Part shown: one piece after another, positions 26,972-39,987 of the stretch | How the letters are laid out: each line of letters begins with the position of its first letter | Numbering within the stretch: position 1 is the stretch's first letter | Source: Halobacteriovoraceae bacterium | Lineage (GTDB): Bacteria > Bdellovibrionota > Bacteriovoracia > Bacteriovoracales > Bacteriovoracaceae | Assembly: GCA_040377495.1 (NCBI GenBank) | Contig: JBEIOQ010000001.1 | Coordinates: 1-56,500 of the forward strand | DNA: 56,500 nt | Direction: 5' to 3' | The notes under the pieces: model-generated | The model's database searches: none | What the model was told of the DNA's origin: nothing | The model's input: only the letters and a program-made list of their open reading frames with translations | Made by a program: the position numbers and the translations under genes

Positions 26972-29438
26972 CAGTACCAGCTGGAGCATCACTTTCTGGG
27001 TCGAGGAATTTCTCAAGTGCAACTACACTTTCACCATCTTTAAGGTTAATTAAACGCACACCCTGAGTTGTACGACCAAGAAGAGAAATACCGGAAATCT
27101 TAATACGGATTACCTGTCCATTATTGGTAATGATCATTAAGTCGTCTTTATCGCTTACAGGTTTAATTGCCATGATATCACCATTTTTCTCGGTGAGTTT
27201 CATTGCCATAATTCCCTTACCACCGCGTGACTGGCTTCTATATTCAGTCGCTTGAGTTCGCTTACCGTAACCATTTTCAGTTACTGCTAAAATTTCTACC
27301 GTGTCATCGATAATTTCCATACCGATTACTTTTTCTTTTTCATCCAGTGTGATTCCTTTCACACCTTGAGAAACACGTCCTAATGGACGGCAGTCTTCTT
27401 CAGGGAAACGGATCGATTTACCAGATGATGAACAAAGAAGAACGTCTTTTTTACCGTCTGTCACTCGAACGGCCACAATCTTGTCGCCTTCCACTAACTT
27501 CAACGCTTTTAGACCGTTTTGTTTAATATTTTTGTATTCATCAAGTTCTGTTTTTTTCACAGTTCCATTTTCAGTGGCAATAATTAAGTAGTGATTTTCA
27601 AGATTAGCTGGAATGGCTAAAATTTCATTCACTTCTTCCCCTTCAGGAAGATTTATTAAGTTAACTATATTACGACCTTTAGACGTTCTTAGGCCTTCAG
27701 GAATCTGATATGTCTTCATTGAGAAGACAGTTCCTTTTGTCGTAAAGAACATAATAATGTCATGTGTATTGGCCATGAAGATTTTAGTGAAGAAATCATC
27801 TTCAACTTCAGCTCCCTTCACACCCATACCACCACGTTTTTGCGACTTGTAAGTATCCATAGCCATACGCTTAATATAACCTTTATGCGTGATGGTCACG
27901 ATCACTTCTTCTTTTTTAATTAAATCTTCAGCCTGAATTTCATCAGCAAAAGAAATAATTTCTGTACGGCGTTTGTCACCGTAAGTTTCAGCAATATTAA
28001 CAAATTCAGCTCTAATAATTGATCGCACTAGTTCATCAGAAGATAAAATTCCTTCTAAGCGAGCTATTTCTTTTAAGATATCCATGTACTCTTTAATAAT
28101 TTTGTCGCGTTCAAGACCGGTTAAGCGCTGTAATCTAAGATCCAAAATCGCTTGGGCTTGAATATCTGAAAGAGTGAATTTTGTGATTAAGTTGTCTTTT
28201 GCCTGTGCTGGGCCTTCAGACTTTTTGATCATCTCTACAATTTCATCAATATTTTCGACGGCAATTTTTAAACCTTCCAAAATATGAGCTTTTTCTTTCG
28301 CTTTCTTTAATTCAAAAATAGTACGGCGAACGACGATTTCACGACGGTGATCGATGAAACACTGGAGCATGTCCTTAATGTTCATTACTTTAGGTTGACC
28401 ATTAGAAACTGAAAGGAAAATAATACCAAACGAAACTTGCAACTGAGTCATTTTATAAAGACGATTCAGAGTTACATTTCCAATTTCACCTTTTTTAAGT
28501 TCTACGACAACGCGAATCCCCTCACGAGAAGATTCATCACGAATATCTGAAATACCAGTAAGTTCCTTTTCATTCACTAATTCAGCAATACGCTCAATTA
28601 GTTTTGCTTTATTAACTTGATAAGGTAGTTCGTTAATAATAATTCTTTCACGATCTTCGCCTTTTCCATATTTTTCAATATCGGCCTTAGCACGGATTTG
28701 AATAATACCTTTACCTGTATGGTAAGCTTCTTTGATCCCCTGAACACCATGAATTGCACCACCAGTAGGGAAATCTGGGCCTGGAATTAGTCTCATCATT
28801 TCATGATTATCCATATTAGGATTATCAATCAATTGTACTAGACCATTCATCACCTCAGTTAAATTATGAGGAGGAATATTTGTGGCCATACCAACAGCAA
28901 TACCAGTTGACCCGTTAATTAAAAGATTCGGAATACGAGTAGGAAGAACCATTGGCTCTTGCAATGAACCATCATAGTTAGGCTGCCAATCAACTGTTTC
29001 TTTATCGATATCTTCCAGTAGTTCTTCTGAAAGTTTTTTCATTCTGATTTCGGTATATCGCATTGCTGCTGCATTATCGCCATCGATAGAACCAAAATTA
29101 CCTTGTCCATCAACTAATGGATAACGAAGTGAAAAATCCTGGGCCATACGAACAATGGCTGAATAAACAGAAGAGTCACCGTGTGGGTGATACTTACCAA
29201 TTACATCACCCACCACACGTGCAGACTTTAAAAATGGTCTCGCGTGGTAATTATTCAAATCGTGCATTGAGAATAAAACACGTCTATGAACAGGTTTTAG
29301 ACCATCACGTACGTCAGGTAGGGCGCGTCCCACAATAACTGACATAGCATAATCAAGATAACAACTTTTCATCTCATCTTGAATATTAAGGGGGGTAATT
29401 TTACCGTGATTATGTTCTTTGTTGTTATTATCGCTCAT
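26943..29438 (-). CDS. gyrA: DNA gyrase subunit A
   Basis: 831 aa. The QRDR-like segment is [16 protein letters not shown] and the catalytic Tyr motif is AAMRYTE. It has C-terminal beta-pinwheel repeats and an acidic tail. Confidence 0.97.
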   Translation of the reverse strand: MSDNNNKEHNHGKITPLNIQDEMKSCYLDYAMSVIVGRALPDVRDGLKPVHRRVLFSMHDLNNYHARPFLKSARVVGDVIGKYHPHGDSSVYSAIVRMAQDFSLRYPLVDGQGNFGSIDGDNAAAMRYTEIRMKKLSEELLEDIDKETVDWQPNYDGSLQEPMVLPTRIPNLLINGSTGIAVGMATNIPPHNLTEVMNGLVQLIDNPNMDNHEMMRLIPGPDFPTGGAIHGVQGIKEAYHTGKGIIQIRAKADIEKYGKGEDRERIIINELPYQVNKAKLIERIAELVNEKELTGISDIRDESSREGIRVVVELKKGEIGNVTLNRLYKMTQLQVSFGIIFLSVSNGQPKVMNIKDMLQCFIDHRREIVVRRTIFELKKAKEKAHILEGLKIAVENIDEIVEMIKKSEGPAQAKDNLITKFTLSDIQAQAILDLRLQRLTGLERDKIIKEYMDILKEIARLEGILSSDELVRSIIRAEFVNIAETYGDKRRTEIISFADEIQAEDLIKKEEVIVTITHKGYIKRMAMDTYKSQKRGGMGVKGAEVEDDFFTKIFMANTHDIIMFFTTKGTVFSMKTYQIPEGLRTSKGRNIVNLINLPEGEEVNEILAIPANLENHYLIIATENGTVKKTELDEYKNIKQNGLKALKLVEGDKIVAVRVTDGKKDVLLCSSSGKSIRFPEEDCRPLGRVSQGVKGITLDEKEKVIGMEIIDDTVEILAVTENGYGKRTQATEYRSQSRGGKGIMAMKLTEKNGDIMAIKPVSDKDDLMIITNNGQVIRIKISGISLLGRTTQGVRLINLKDGESVVALEKFLDPESDAPAGTDETPETPIQ

Positions 29439-29454
29439 AACTTTTCCTTAAATC

Positions 29455-33019
<3,565 letters not shown>

Positions 33020-33029
33020 ATTCGGCTAA

Positions 33030-34145
33030 TTAGATTTTTAAAGGCATGATAATTCCAAGAAAATCTTGCATATCATGGCACTTCACTACAACTGGAGATA
33101 ATTCATTATTAAATTCCATAGTAATTTCTGTATCACTTAACACACTTAGATTATCAATTAAGTATTTTGCATTAAATCCAATATTGAATTCTTTACCTTC
33201 ATACTTAATAGGAATTTCTTCTTTAGCTTCACCCATTGCTGGGTGGTTAGTAGAAACAATCAATTGATTATTCTTTAAAGTACACTTTACACCATTAGTT
33301 TTTTCATTTGCTAAAACACGAATACGCTTAACTGCATTTAATAATGCATTCTTCTCTACTTGAAGACCAAAGGTGGTTTTATTAGGAATGACTGTTTGGT
33401 ATTTAGGATACTCTCTAGAAATTAAACGAATAGAAATAAAATAATCTTTTCCATGATTCACATATAAAAAAGAATCATCAACAGAAAATCTTAAATTATC
33501 ACTCGGATAAGAGTCAGAAATTTTCTTAAGTTCCGCTACACCTTTCTTTGGGACAATAATTCCATCCACTAAAAAATTAGATCTAGACATAAATTCTGGA
33601 ATATCTAACATTGCCAATCTATGACCATCGATAGCTACTGCTCTTAAAGTTGAATCGTATTGTTGAAAGAAAATACCATTTAAGTACAATCTTGTTTCAT
33701 CGGTTGAAATGGCATGTGAAACTTTATTAATAACTCTTGTAATGTCACCAGATTTTAAAAAGAATTCTGTACCTGAATTCTCAAAACTTAAATGAGGAAA
33801 CTCTTCAGCTCCTACAATCACTAATTGATAATTAATAGAACCACAATTTAAGTGGAGCATATTTTTATCTTTCTCAATTTTTACATTTAATTGATCGTTA
33901 GGTAGTTCTCTTAAAATATCAGCAAAATTTTTAATGTTTATACAAAAAGAACCTGTATGAGAAGCTTTGGCATTTAAAACAATTTTTACTGAAACTTCAG
34001 TATCTGTTGCAGTTAAAGTTAACGTATTTGTATCAGCTGTTACCAAACAGTTGGTTAAAATAGGTCTTGAAATTTTACGATCAACAACTCCAGAAAGTTT
34101 ATTGATTGCATCTTTTAAAAGTTCTGACTGTACAACTAATTCCAT
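33030..34145 (-). CDS. dnaN: DNA polymerase III beta sliding clamp
   Basis: 371 aa, a three-domain beta-clamp-sized protein. It sits in the canonical dnaA-dnaN-recF position and has a C-terminal ...LGIIMPLKI motif. Confidence 0.93.
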   Translation of the reverse strand: MELVVQSELLKDAINKLSGVVDRKISRPILTNCLVTADTNTLTLTATDTEVSVKIVLNAKASHTGSFCINIKNFADILRELPNDQLNVKIEKDKNMLHLNCGSINYQLVIVGAEEFPHLSFENSGTEFFLKSGDITRVINKVSHAISTDETRLYLNGIFFQQYDSTLRAVAIDGHRLAMLDIPEFMSRSNFLVDGIIVPKKGVAELKKISDSYPSDNLRFSVDDSFLYVNHGKDYFISIRLISREYPKYQTVIPNKTTFGLQVEKNALLNAVKRIRVLANEKTNGVKCTLKNNQLIVSTNHPAMGEAKEEIPIKYEGKEFNIGFNAKYLIDNLSVLSDTEITMEFNNELSPVVVKCHDMQDFLGIIMPLKI

Positions 34146-34517
34146 AGGGCCCTCGAGTTTACACTCTCTATCTTATATATATAGTTTAGAACATATTAGT
34201 AGTAAGCATCAGGATATGTTGAAAAATTAAATTTCTAAATTATATTAAGAACTTAATTTATCTCAATGTTTTTCATTGCTGGGATAATTTACTACTTCAG
34301 TTCTTTTTTTTGCGTATATTATTCAAATTTTCTTTAAAACTGTAAATTTATTCTCAATTTTGAACTAAATAAATGTGTAATACGCTAACTAACTCTTTAA
34401 TGTTTTACTTTGTTTAGCTTATTTAGGTCTACTTATTAACATTTTTATCCCCATGTGGAAAAGAAAAGTGTTATGACGCGTTTTATACTTATCCCAAGTA
34501 TGTTTATAAGTTGATTA
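34146..34517. other. Putative oriC (dnaA-dnaN intergenic region)
   Basis: At 372 bp this is the largest and most AT-rich non-coding gap in the window. Back-to-back DnaA-box-like 9-mers are TTATCCCCA (34445-34453) and TGTGGAAAA (34454-34462, reverse complement TTTTCCACA). Further TTATCCC-type boxes lie at 34279-34287 (reverse complement TTATCCCAG) and 34489-34497 (TTATCCCAA). TA-repeat and AT-rich tracts at about 34170-34260 are a candidate unwinding element. Confidence 0.6.
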
Positions 34518-36134
34518 CTATAGACTGTTTTCAATTTCCAAAACAGTTTGAGCCCATTTTTGATCCACTCGGATCTGTTGTTCAATTTTATTCACTGCGT
34601 GCATAACGCTGGTGTGATCGCGCTTCCCGTAAAAATCACCAATCTCAACTAAAGTTGCCTTAAGAATCTTGTGACTTAAATACATAGCAATATGTCTCGC
34701 TGTCGCTAGATCTTTTGTTCTTACCTTTGAGCGGATATCAGAAATAGAGAGTTTATAATAGTTGGCGACGGATTTAATTATAGAATCAAATGTGATGCTA
34801 TCAGCACTATAAGTATCATTAAGGTTAAGTTGGCTTTTAGCTATTTCTACGTCAATATCGACCTTACATACACTCGAATAAAGACCTAAGCGGATCAAGG
34901 ATGACTCTAATTCACGCACATTACTTTTTACCGCAGAGGCGATTAAATTCACCACATCATCAGGGACGTAGATATCTTTCTCAATTGCTTTACGTTTTAA
35001 AATAGCAATTCTGGTCTCTAGGTCAGGTTGTTGAATATCTACAATAAGTCCCCAACCTAAACGTGTTTTAACTCGTTCTTCGATACCATTTATGTCTTTT
35101 GGAGCTTTATCTGAGGTAAAAATCAGTTGCTTACCTTTATTATGAAGTTCATTAAAAATATTAAAGAAAGCATTTTGAGTTTCGTTTTTGTTTTTTAACT
35201 CGTGAATGTCGTCGATAATAAGGACGTCGAATTCATTAGTGTAACGATTTTGAAATTCTGAAACTTTACGGTTTTGAACTGATTTTACAAAATCATCTAC
35301 AAATTCATTACCTGTTATCAAACCAATTTTAAGATGTGGTTTTGTTTCACGAATACGATTAGCTAAAGCACATAATAAATGAGTTTTACCTAAACCAGAA
35401 GCGCTATGTAGATATAATGAGGGGTAATCTTTCCCAGGATTATTTGCTACTGCTTCACAGGAGGCAAAGGCAAGGTTATTAGAAGATCCTACGACGAAAT
35501 TTTCAAAGACTTTATCCGGGTCGATTTTTTTGTATTTTCTTTCAACTTGTAATTCTTCGATCACTTTAGCTTGGTATTGATCGATTAGATCATTTTTCGT
35601 TGGCATAAGATCATTGATAGAAAAGCTTGTTTCCCTTACGCTTGATCCTTTCTTCACGGAATAAGGACCTTCTACATCTTTTATCACAACAGGTTGTGCG
35701 GTAGTCGTCGTTTTTACTGGGGTTACATCACCTAATAAATCGATAGCAAAGGAATAGTCTTTGCCTAATGTCATCTTGATCGCCTTGGCGACTTGATGGG
35801 AATAGTTCCCCTCAATGATTTTTTTAATAAAGCTGGTGGTCACTGTAAAAATGAGACCATCATTTTCCATGCGGGATAAATGAAAATTATCACTAAAGTA
35901 TGTTTGATACTTTTGCGCTTCCACGGTTTCCTCTAATAAGGAGTGGATGGCCTGATCCAGACCTTGGATTTCCTCACGAGAAAAGCCAGTTGGGGCAGTT
36001 TTAGGTGTAATTTTAGTTTCAATCAATGAAGGTTTTACTTCATCTAAAGCAATGTTTTTAATAGGTTTTGAATCATTAGTTACTGGAGTTTCACTATTTA
36101 TTTTCAAAAAGTGGAAAGGAAAATTATTTTCCAT
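34518..36134 (-). CDS. dnaA: Chromosomal replication initiator protein DnaA
   Basis: 538 aa. The AAA+ motifs are Walker A (SGLGKTHLL) and Walker B (VLIIDDIH). The C-terminal DNA-binding helix is ARHIAMYLSHKIL...GKRDHTSVMHA. It has a long domain-II linker. Confidence 0.97.
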   Translation of the reverse strand: MENNFPFHFLKINSETPVTNDSKPIKNIALDEVKPSLIETKITPKTAPTGFSREEIQGLDQAIHSLLEETVEAQKYQTYFSDNFHLSRMENDGLIFTVTTSFIKKIIEGNYSHQVAKAIKMTLGKDYSFAIDLLGDVTPVKTTTTAQPVVIKDVEGPYSVKKGSSVRETSFSINDLMPTKNDLIDQYQAKVIEELQVERKYKKIDPDKVFENFVVGSSNNLAFASCEAVANNPGKDYPSLYLHSASGLGKTHLLCALANRIRETKPHLKIGLITGNEFVDDFVKSVQNRKVSEFQNRYTNEFDVLIIDDIHELKNKNETQNAFFNIFNELHNKGKQLIFTSDKAPKDINGIEERVKTRLGWGLIVDIQQPDLETRIAILKRKAIEKDIYVPDDVVNLIASAVKSNVRELESSLIRLGLYSSVCKVDIDVEIAKSQLNLNDTYSADSITFDSIIKSVANYYKLSISDIRSKVRTKDLATARHIAMYLSHKILKATLVEIGDFYGKRDHTSVMHAVNKIEQQIRVDQKWAQTVLEIENSL

Positions 36135-36296
36135 GAACCGTCCTTCTTCAGTCTATCGTCAATTTATAGAGGGATCCGTACGAGGGGGTTACATGTAGCA
36201 TGGCCAAGAGTTTAATTACAATCTTAAGTTCGTACCTTCTGAAAAATTTTCTTTTGTACGCTTGGCGCAACAAATTCAAGTTTTTTTAGTTAGATA

Positions 36297-36325
36297 TTGA
36301 CCTAATTGAGATTTATCGGTAATAC
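36297..36325 (+). promoter_or_regulatory. Predicted sigma70-type promoter of the rpmH-rnpA-yidD-yidC... operon
   Basis: TTGACC (36297-36302), a 17-nt spacer, then TAATAC (36320-36325). It sits about 40 nt upstream of the rpmH ATG. Confidence 0.45.
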
Positions 36326-36366
36326 TACCCACTCTAAATTTAGACTCTTGAACTAAGGAAATACTT

Positions 36367-36519
36367 ATGAGTAAACGTACATGGCAACCTAAAAAAGTTA
36401 AACGCTTAAGATCTCACGGCTTTTTAACCCGTATGAAAAGTAAGGGCGGACAAGACGTTATTAAAAGAAGAAGAGCTAAGGGTAGAAGAAAACTGACCGT
36501 TATTACGGGAACTAAATAA
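36367..36519 (+). CDS. rpmH: 50S ribosomal protein L34
   Basis: It is not in the ORF track because it is under 60 aa. My hand translation is [50 protein letters not shown]. This is a classic L34 sequence with an AAGGA Shine-Dalgarno sequence upstream, and it lies directly upstream of rnpA. Confidence 0.95.
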   Translation: MSKRTWQPKKVKRLRSHGFLTRMKSKGGQDVIKRRRAKGRRKLTVITGTK

Positions 36520-36522
36520 TCT

Positions 36523-36882
36523 TTGAGTGAAAGTTTTCCTAAAGCTAATCGTTTAAGATCAAAAACTGATTTCAATAACCTAAGAGATGGGTCACGTAAA
36601 TATCGTGACCCTTTTCTTTCTGTCTTCTATAAAGAAAATACAATTAATCGCTCTAGAGTGGCATTTTCTATAAGTGCAAAATCCTTTAATTCTGTGCAGA
36701 GAAACTCTCTTAAAAGGGCCATGCGGGAAATTTTCAGGAAAGAAAAATCCTTATTGCGAGCTGTTGATTTTTTAGTGGTAGTTCAGAGTAAAAAGAAAGA
36801 ACTGAGTTTTACTGAATTTCGTCCTAATATAATTTGCTCATTTAAAAAATTCCTCTTAAATTTAGCCCAAACTAAAAGTTAA
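36523..36882 (+). CDS. rnpA: Ribonuclease P protein component
   Basis: 119 aa, basic. It contains RLRSKTDFNNL... and the RNR-like motif NSVQRNSLKRAMREIFR. It uses a TTG start 4 nt after the rpmH stop, in the canonical rpmH-rnpA position. Confidence 0.88.
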   Translation: MSESFPKANRLRSKTDFNNLRDGSRKYRDPFLSVFYKENTINRSRVAFSISAKSFNSVQRNSLKRAMREIFRKEKSLLRAVDFLVVVQSKKKELSFTEFRPNIICSFKKFLLNLAQTKS

Positions 36883-36885
36883 TTC

Positions 36886-37098
36886 ATGCGATCATTTTTG
36901 AAAATTATCCTTAAAATTTACCAATTGGCTATTTCGCCATATTTAGGAAAACGATGTCGTTTTCATCCAAGTTGTTCAGAGTACGCGAAAACTTGTTTAG
37001 AGACACATTCCTTGGTAAAGTCCTCACTGTTAATTAGTCGAAGACTGTGTCGATGCCATCCTTTTTGCGAGGGTGGGTACGATCCAGTTCCCTTATAG
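36886..37098 (+). CDS. yidD: Membrane protein insertion efficiency factor YidD
   Basis: 70 aa. Motif: YQLAISPYLGKRCRFHPSCSEYA...CHPFCEGGYDPVP. Confidence 0.92.
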   Translation: MRSFLKIILKIYQLAISPYLGKRCRFHPSCSEYAKTCLETHSLVKSSLLISRRLCRCHPFCEGGYDPVPL

Positions 37099-37101
37099 GA
37101 G

Positions 37102-38574
37102 TTGTCCATGTCATCTGATAATAAACGCGCGATTTTAGCGGTAGTTCTTTCTGGTCTTATTCTCTTTGGATGGCAGCACTTTTTTGCTCCCAAAAACGTC
37201 GTAAGCAATACAGTCCCTGCGACTGAAACGGTGGCGGCAAACACTAACAATCCCGCTCCAATCACAGCACCGGCCACTGGAACAGTTGAGAAAATTGAAG
37301 CTCCAACTACTGCTCAGCTTTTGACTGATTACACAGTTAGAAATCAGCAAAATTCTTTTACTATTAATAACCAACTTCAAATCACGGCGGTAGCAAGCCC
37401 TAAAACGAGCTTTTCTTATATAGATACTGTGGGCTCACCTCAAGCATTCTCTCTTGAAGTAGAGAAAAATAACCTCTTCCATAAAATTTGGATCAATTTC
37501 ACTCAGTTAGATGAAAAAACACTAGAAGGAGCGAGCGACGAATTAGGTTTGAAGGTTAAATTGTGGTTAGAAGAAAATGGTAAATTAAACTACATTTTCA
37601 CCTCTACAAATGCTTATAAGTATAGAGTAGTTTTGAGTGCGACTAAAAAGGAATTAGATGGTGGACATCATCGTGAATTTACCGTTTTGGCCAAAGATCT
37701 TGAAAAGTTTGCTGTTGGAAAAAGTGATGAAGGTGAAGGCGAAATAAAGTGGCTTGGCATTGATTTTAATTTCCACCTTTTTTCTTTTATCTATAAAGAA
37801 AAGAAACTTTCTGTTTTTAATATAACAGAAGCTGGACAATTGACGGCCATGTTGGTGAATCCAACCACAACTCTTGAAGGTAGCTTTGTATTTGCTAAAA
37901 AAGACTACGATTTACTGACTAGTTTAGGAGATAATCTGAATCAAGGAATTGATTATGGAATGTGGGCTGTTTTTGCCATTCCTATTCTACGTGCTCTTCA
38001 GTTTTTCTATAAATTCTTCCCTAATTATGGGGTAGCGATCATTCTTCTTACTTTATTCATCCGACTTTTAACTTTTCCTCTTCAGTATAAGTCTTTTAAG
38101 AGTATGAAGAAGATGCAGGATCTCCAACCTGAATTGAATAAATTGAAAGAAAAATTTAAAGATGATCCTCAGCGTATGCAGAAAGAAACTATGGATCTTT
38201 TTAAGAAATCAGGTGCTAACCCGCTTGGTGGTTGTCTACCTTTGCTGTTACAAATGCCGATCTTTTTTGCTTTTTATAAAGTGTTGTTTAACTCTACTGA
38301 ACTAATGGGGGCCCCTTTCATGTTGTGGATTAAAGATCTATCGCATAAAGACCCTTTCTATGTTCTTCCTGTGTTAATGGCCGGATCAATGTTCTTACAA
38401 CAGAAGATGACTCCGTCACCTTCTGCCGATCCAACACAACAAAAAATTATGATGTTCATGCCACTTATTTTCGGTCTGATTATGAAGGATTTACCGTCAG
38501 GATTAACCCTTTATATCTTCGTTTCGACTATCATGGGGATTGGTCAACAATACTTCGTTTATAAAAGAACCTAA
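37102..38574 (+). CDS. yidC: Membrane protein insertase YidC
   Basis: 490 aa. It has an N-terminal TM helix, a periplasmic domain, and the Oxa1 core (PLQYKSFKSMKKMQDLQPEL...GANPLGGCLPLLLQMPIFFAFY). Confidence 0.95.
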   Translation: MSMSSDNKRAILAVVLSGLILFGWQHFFAPKNVVSNTVPATETVAANTNNPAPITAPATGTVEKIEAPTTAQLLTDYTVRNQQNSFTINNQLQITAVASPKTSFSYIDTVGSPQAFSLEVEKNNLFHKIWINFTQLDEKTLEGASDELGLKVKLWLEENGKLNYIFTSTNAYKYRVVLSATKKELDGGHHREFTVLAKDLEKFAVGKSDEGEGEIKWLGIDFNFHLFSFIYKEKKLSVFNITEAGQLTAMLVNPTTTLEGSFVFAKKDYDLLTSLGDNLNQGIDYGMWAVFAIPILRALQFFYKFFPNYGVAIILLTLFIRLLTFPLQYKSFKSMKKMQDLQPELNKLKEKFKDDPQRMQKETMDLFKKSGANPLGGCLPLLLQMPIFFAFYKVLFNSTELMGAPFMLWIKDLSHKDPFYVLPVLMAGSMFLQQKMTPSPSADPTQQKIMMFMPLIFGLIMKDLPSGLTLYIFVSTIMGIGQQYFVYKRT

Positions 38575-39965
38575 TGAACTTATTATTCAGTGATGGACCT
38601 ATTATCGCTTGCAGTACCAATGCTAACGCTAATAGTGCCATCGCTGTTATACGCCTTTCTGGCTTTGATTCTCTCGAACCATATCAGCCTTACTTTTCCA
38701 CCGATTTTAAAAAACTCAAACCACGCATGGCCACTTTGTCTGATCTTTCCGATGGAATGACCAAACTTGATTCAGTGGTTTTGACTTATTTTAAGGGACC
38801 CAAGTCCTACAATGGAGAAAATATTTTAGAACTTGCGGTGCACGGAAACCGTCTGAATGTTGAGAGAATTTTGACTCTTTTTGAGTCTAAAAAATTGGCC
38901 AGGTTCTCGGCTCCCGGAGAATTTACTTACCGTGCTCTAAAAAATTCAAAAATGAGCTTAAGCCAAGTGGAAGGCCTGGATCTGATGCTCAATGCTCAAT
39001 CAGAATTTGCTTTAGGCCAAGGTTTGTCTTTAATCAGTGGTGATTTAAACGATAGTTTTCAAAAATTATTTAATACTTATTTAAAATTGAAAACTAGTGT
39101 AGAGATGCATTTTGATTTTTTAGAAGACATGGGTGAAGAGCAAGCCAATAAACTTTTTCGTGAAAGTTTAGCTGATTTCTCCTCTCAAATTGGCAATTTG
39201 GCGAAAAGGGCTTCGACAGATAATTCCTCTTTAATGTCTCCTGAGATTGTTCTGGTAGGAGAAACTAATGCTGGGAAAAGTTCTCTTTTTAATCAATTTT
39301 TAGGATTTGATCGCTCGATTGTTTCCCCAATTAAAGGAACCACACGAGATTTTATTTCTGAGTACATTAAGCTTAAGGGAACAACCTACAAGCTGGTAGA
39401 TACCGCAGGTTTGCGAGCGAAAACCGATGATGAAATTGAGAAGATGGGTATGAAGTTGAGTCTAGAAAAGCTCACGAAGGCCTTTTTTAAAATTTTAGTG
39501 ATTAATCCCTTAGAAACTTTTTCTCCCTCAGCAGATTACTTAAAAATGAAATTTGATATGGTGGTATTTACTCACAAAGATGACCCAAGTTTTGATAAAG
39601 CTATGGTTGAATTTATGGCCAAGCATGGTTCTATAGAACCACTTAAAAATCTTGGTCCTATAGAACCAATCATGATTTCGACTCTTTCTGGTCCTATAGA
39701 ACCAAAACTAGAATCTCTTATTTCTGATAAATTTGCTCAATTATTAGCTAACTCACCGATATTACTAGAGAGACAACGTTTGGAGTTAAATAAACTGTAT
39801 TTAATTATTAGTGAATTCAACGAGTTATCTATTACTGAACCTGATATGGCAATTCTTTCGCATGAGCTCAATAATATTGGTCAAAGTCTCTCCGAATTGA
39901 TAGGTGTGATCGCACCCGACGATGTCTTGGACAATCTTTTCTCCAACTTCTGTATTGGAAAGTAG
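38574..39965 (+). CDS. mnmE: tRNA modification GTPase MnmE
   Basis: 463 aa. G1 is [13 protein letters not shown]3 is DTAGLR, and the C-terminal motif is CIGK. Its start overlaps the yidC stop. It contains three in-frame copies of a 15-bp repeat (see the repeat feature at 39627-39704). Confidence 0.93.
   Translation: MNLLFSDGPIIACSTNANANSAIAVIRLSGFDSLEPYQPYFSTDFKKLKPRMATLSDLSDGMTKLDSVVLTYFKGPKSYNGENILELAVHGNRLNVERILTLFESKKLARFSAPGEFTYRALKNSKMSLSQVEGLDLMLNAQSEFALGQGLSLISGDLNDSFQKLFNTYLKLKTSVEMHFDFLEDMGEEQANKLFRESLADFSSQIGNLAKRASTDNSSLMSPEIVLVGETNAGKSSLFNQFLGFDRSIVSPIKGTTRDFISEYIKLKGTTYKLVDTAGLRAKTDDEIEKMGMKLSLEKLTKAFFKILVINPLETFSPSADYLKMKFDMVVFTHKDDPSFDKAMVEFMAKHGSIEPLKNLGPIEPIMISTLSGPIEPKLESLISDKFAQLLANSPILLERQRLELNKLYLIISEFNELSITEPDMAILSHELNNIGQSLSELIGVIAPDDVLDNLFSNFCIGK
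39627..39704 (+). repeat. Three copies of the 15-bp quasi-palindrome GGT(T/C)CTATAGAACCA inside mnmE
   Basis: The copies are GGTTCTATAGAACCA at 39627-39641, GGTCCTATAGAACCA at 39654-39668 and GGTCCTATAGAACCA at 39690-39704. Start-to-start spacings are 27 and 36 nt, so all three are in frame (G-S/P-I-E-P). The sequences between the copies are unrelated to each other. Confidence 0.9.
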
Positions 39966-39968
39966 ATT

Positions 39969-39984
39969 TGTTCCACGTGGAACA
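39969..39984. other. parS centromere-like site 1
   Basis: TGTTCCACGTGGAACA is a perfect 16-bp palindrome (18 bp with the flanking T/A). It matches the ParB-binding consensus TGTTNCACGTGAAACA at 15 of 16 positions. It lies in the 22-bp mnmE-mnmG gap. Confidence 0.85.
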
Positions 39985-39987
39985 ATT

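Noticed and set aside
26972-27022. The first 17 codons of the TPR-protein ORF, which overlap the gyrA 3' end by 80 nt.
   Set aside because: An overlap that long is unlikely. The internal Met codons at 26971 and 26914 give more plausible starts with a signal/lipobox-like N-terminus. The exact start remains unresolved.
36135-36296. The dnaA-rpmH divergent intergenic region as an alternative oriC.
   Set aside because: I could find no TTATCCACA-like boxes on either strand, and the region is less AT-rich than the dnaA-dnaN gap. It is more simply explained as the divergent dnaA and rpmH promoter region.
39922-39987. N-terminal extension of the mnmG ORF (track start 39922).
   Set aside because: It overlaps the mnmE 3' end and reads through the parS palindrome. 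The conserved FAD-binding N-terminus begins at the ATG at 39988.
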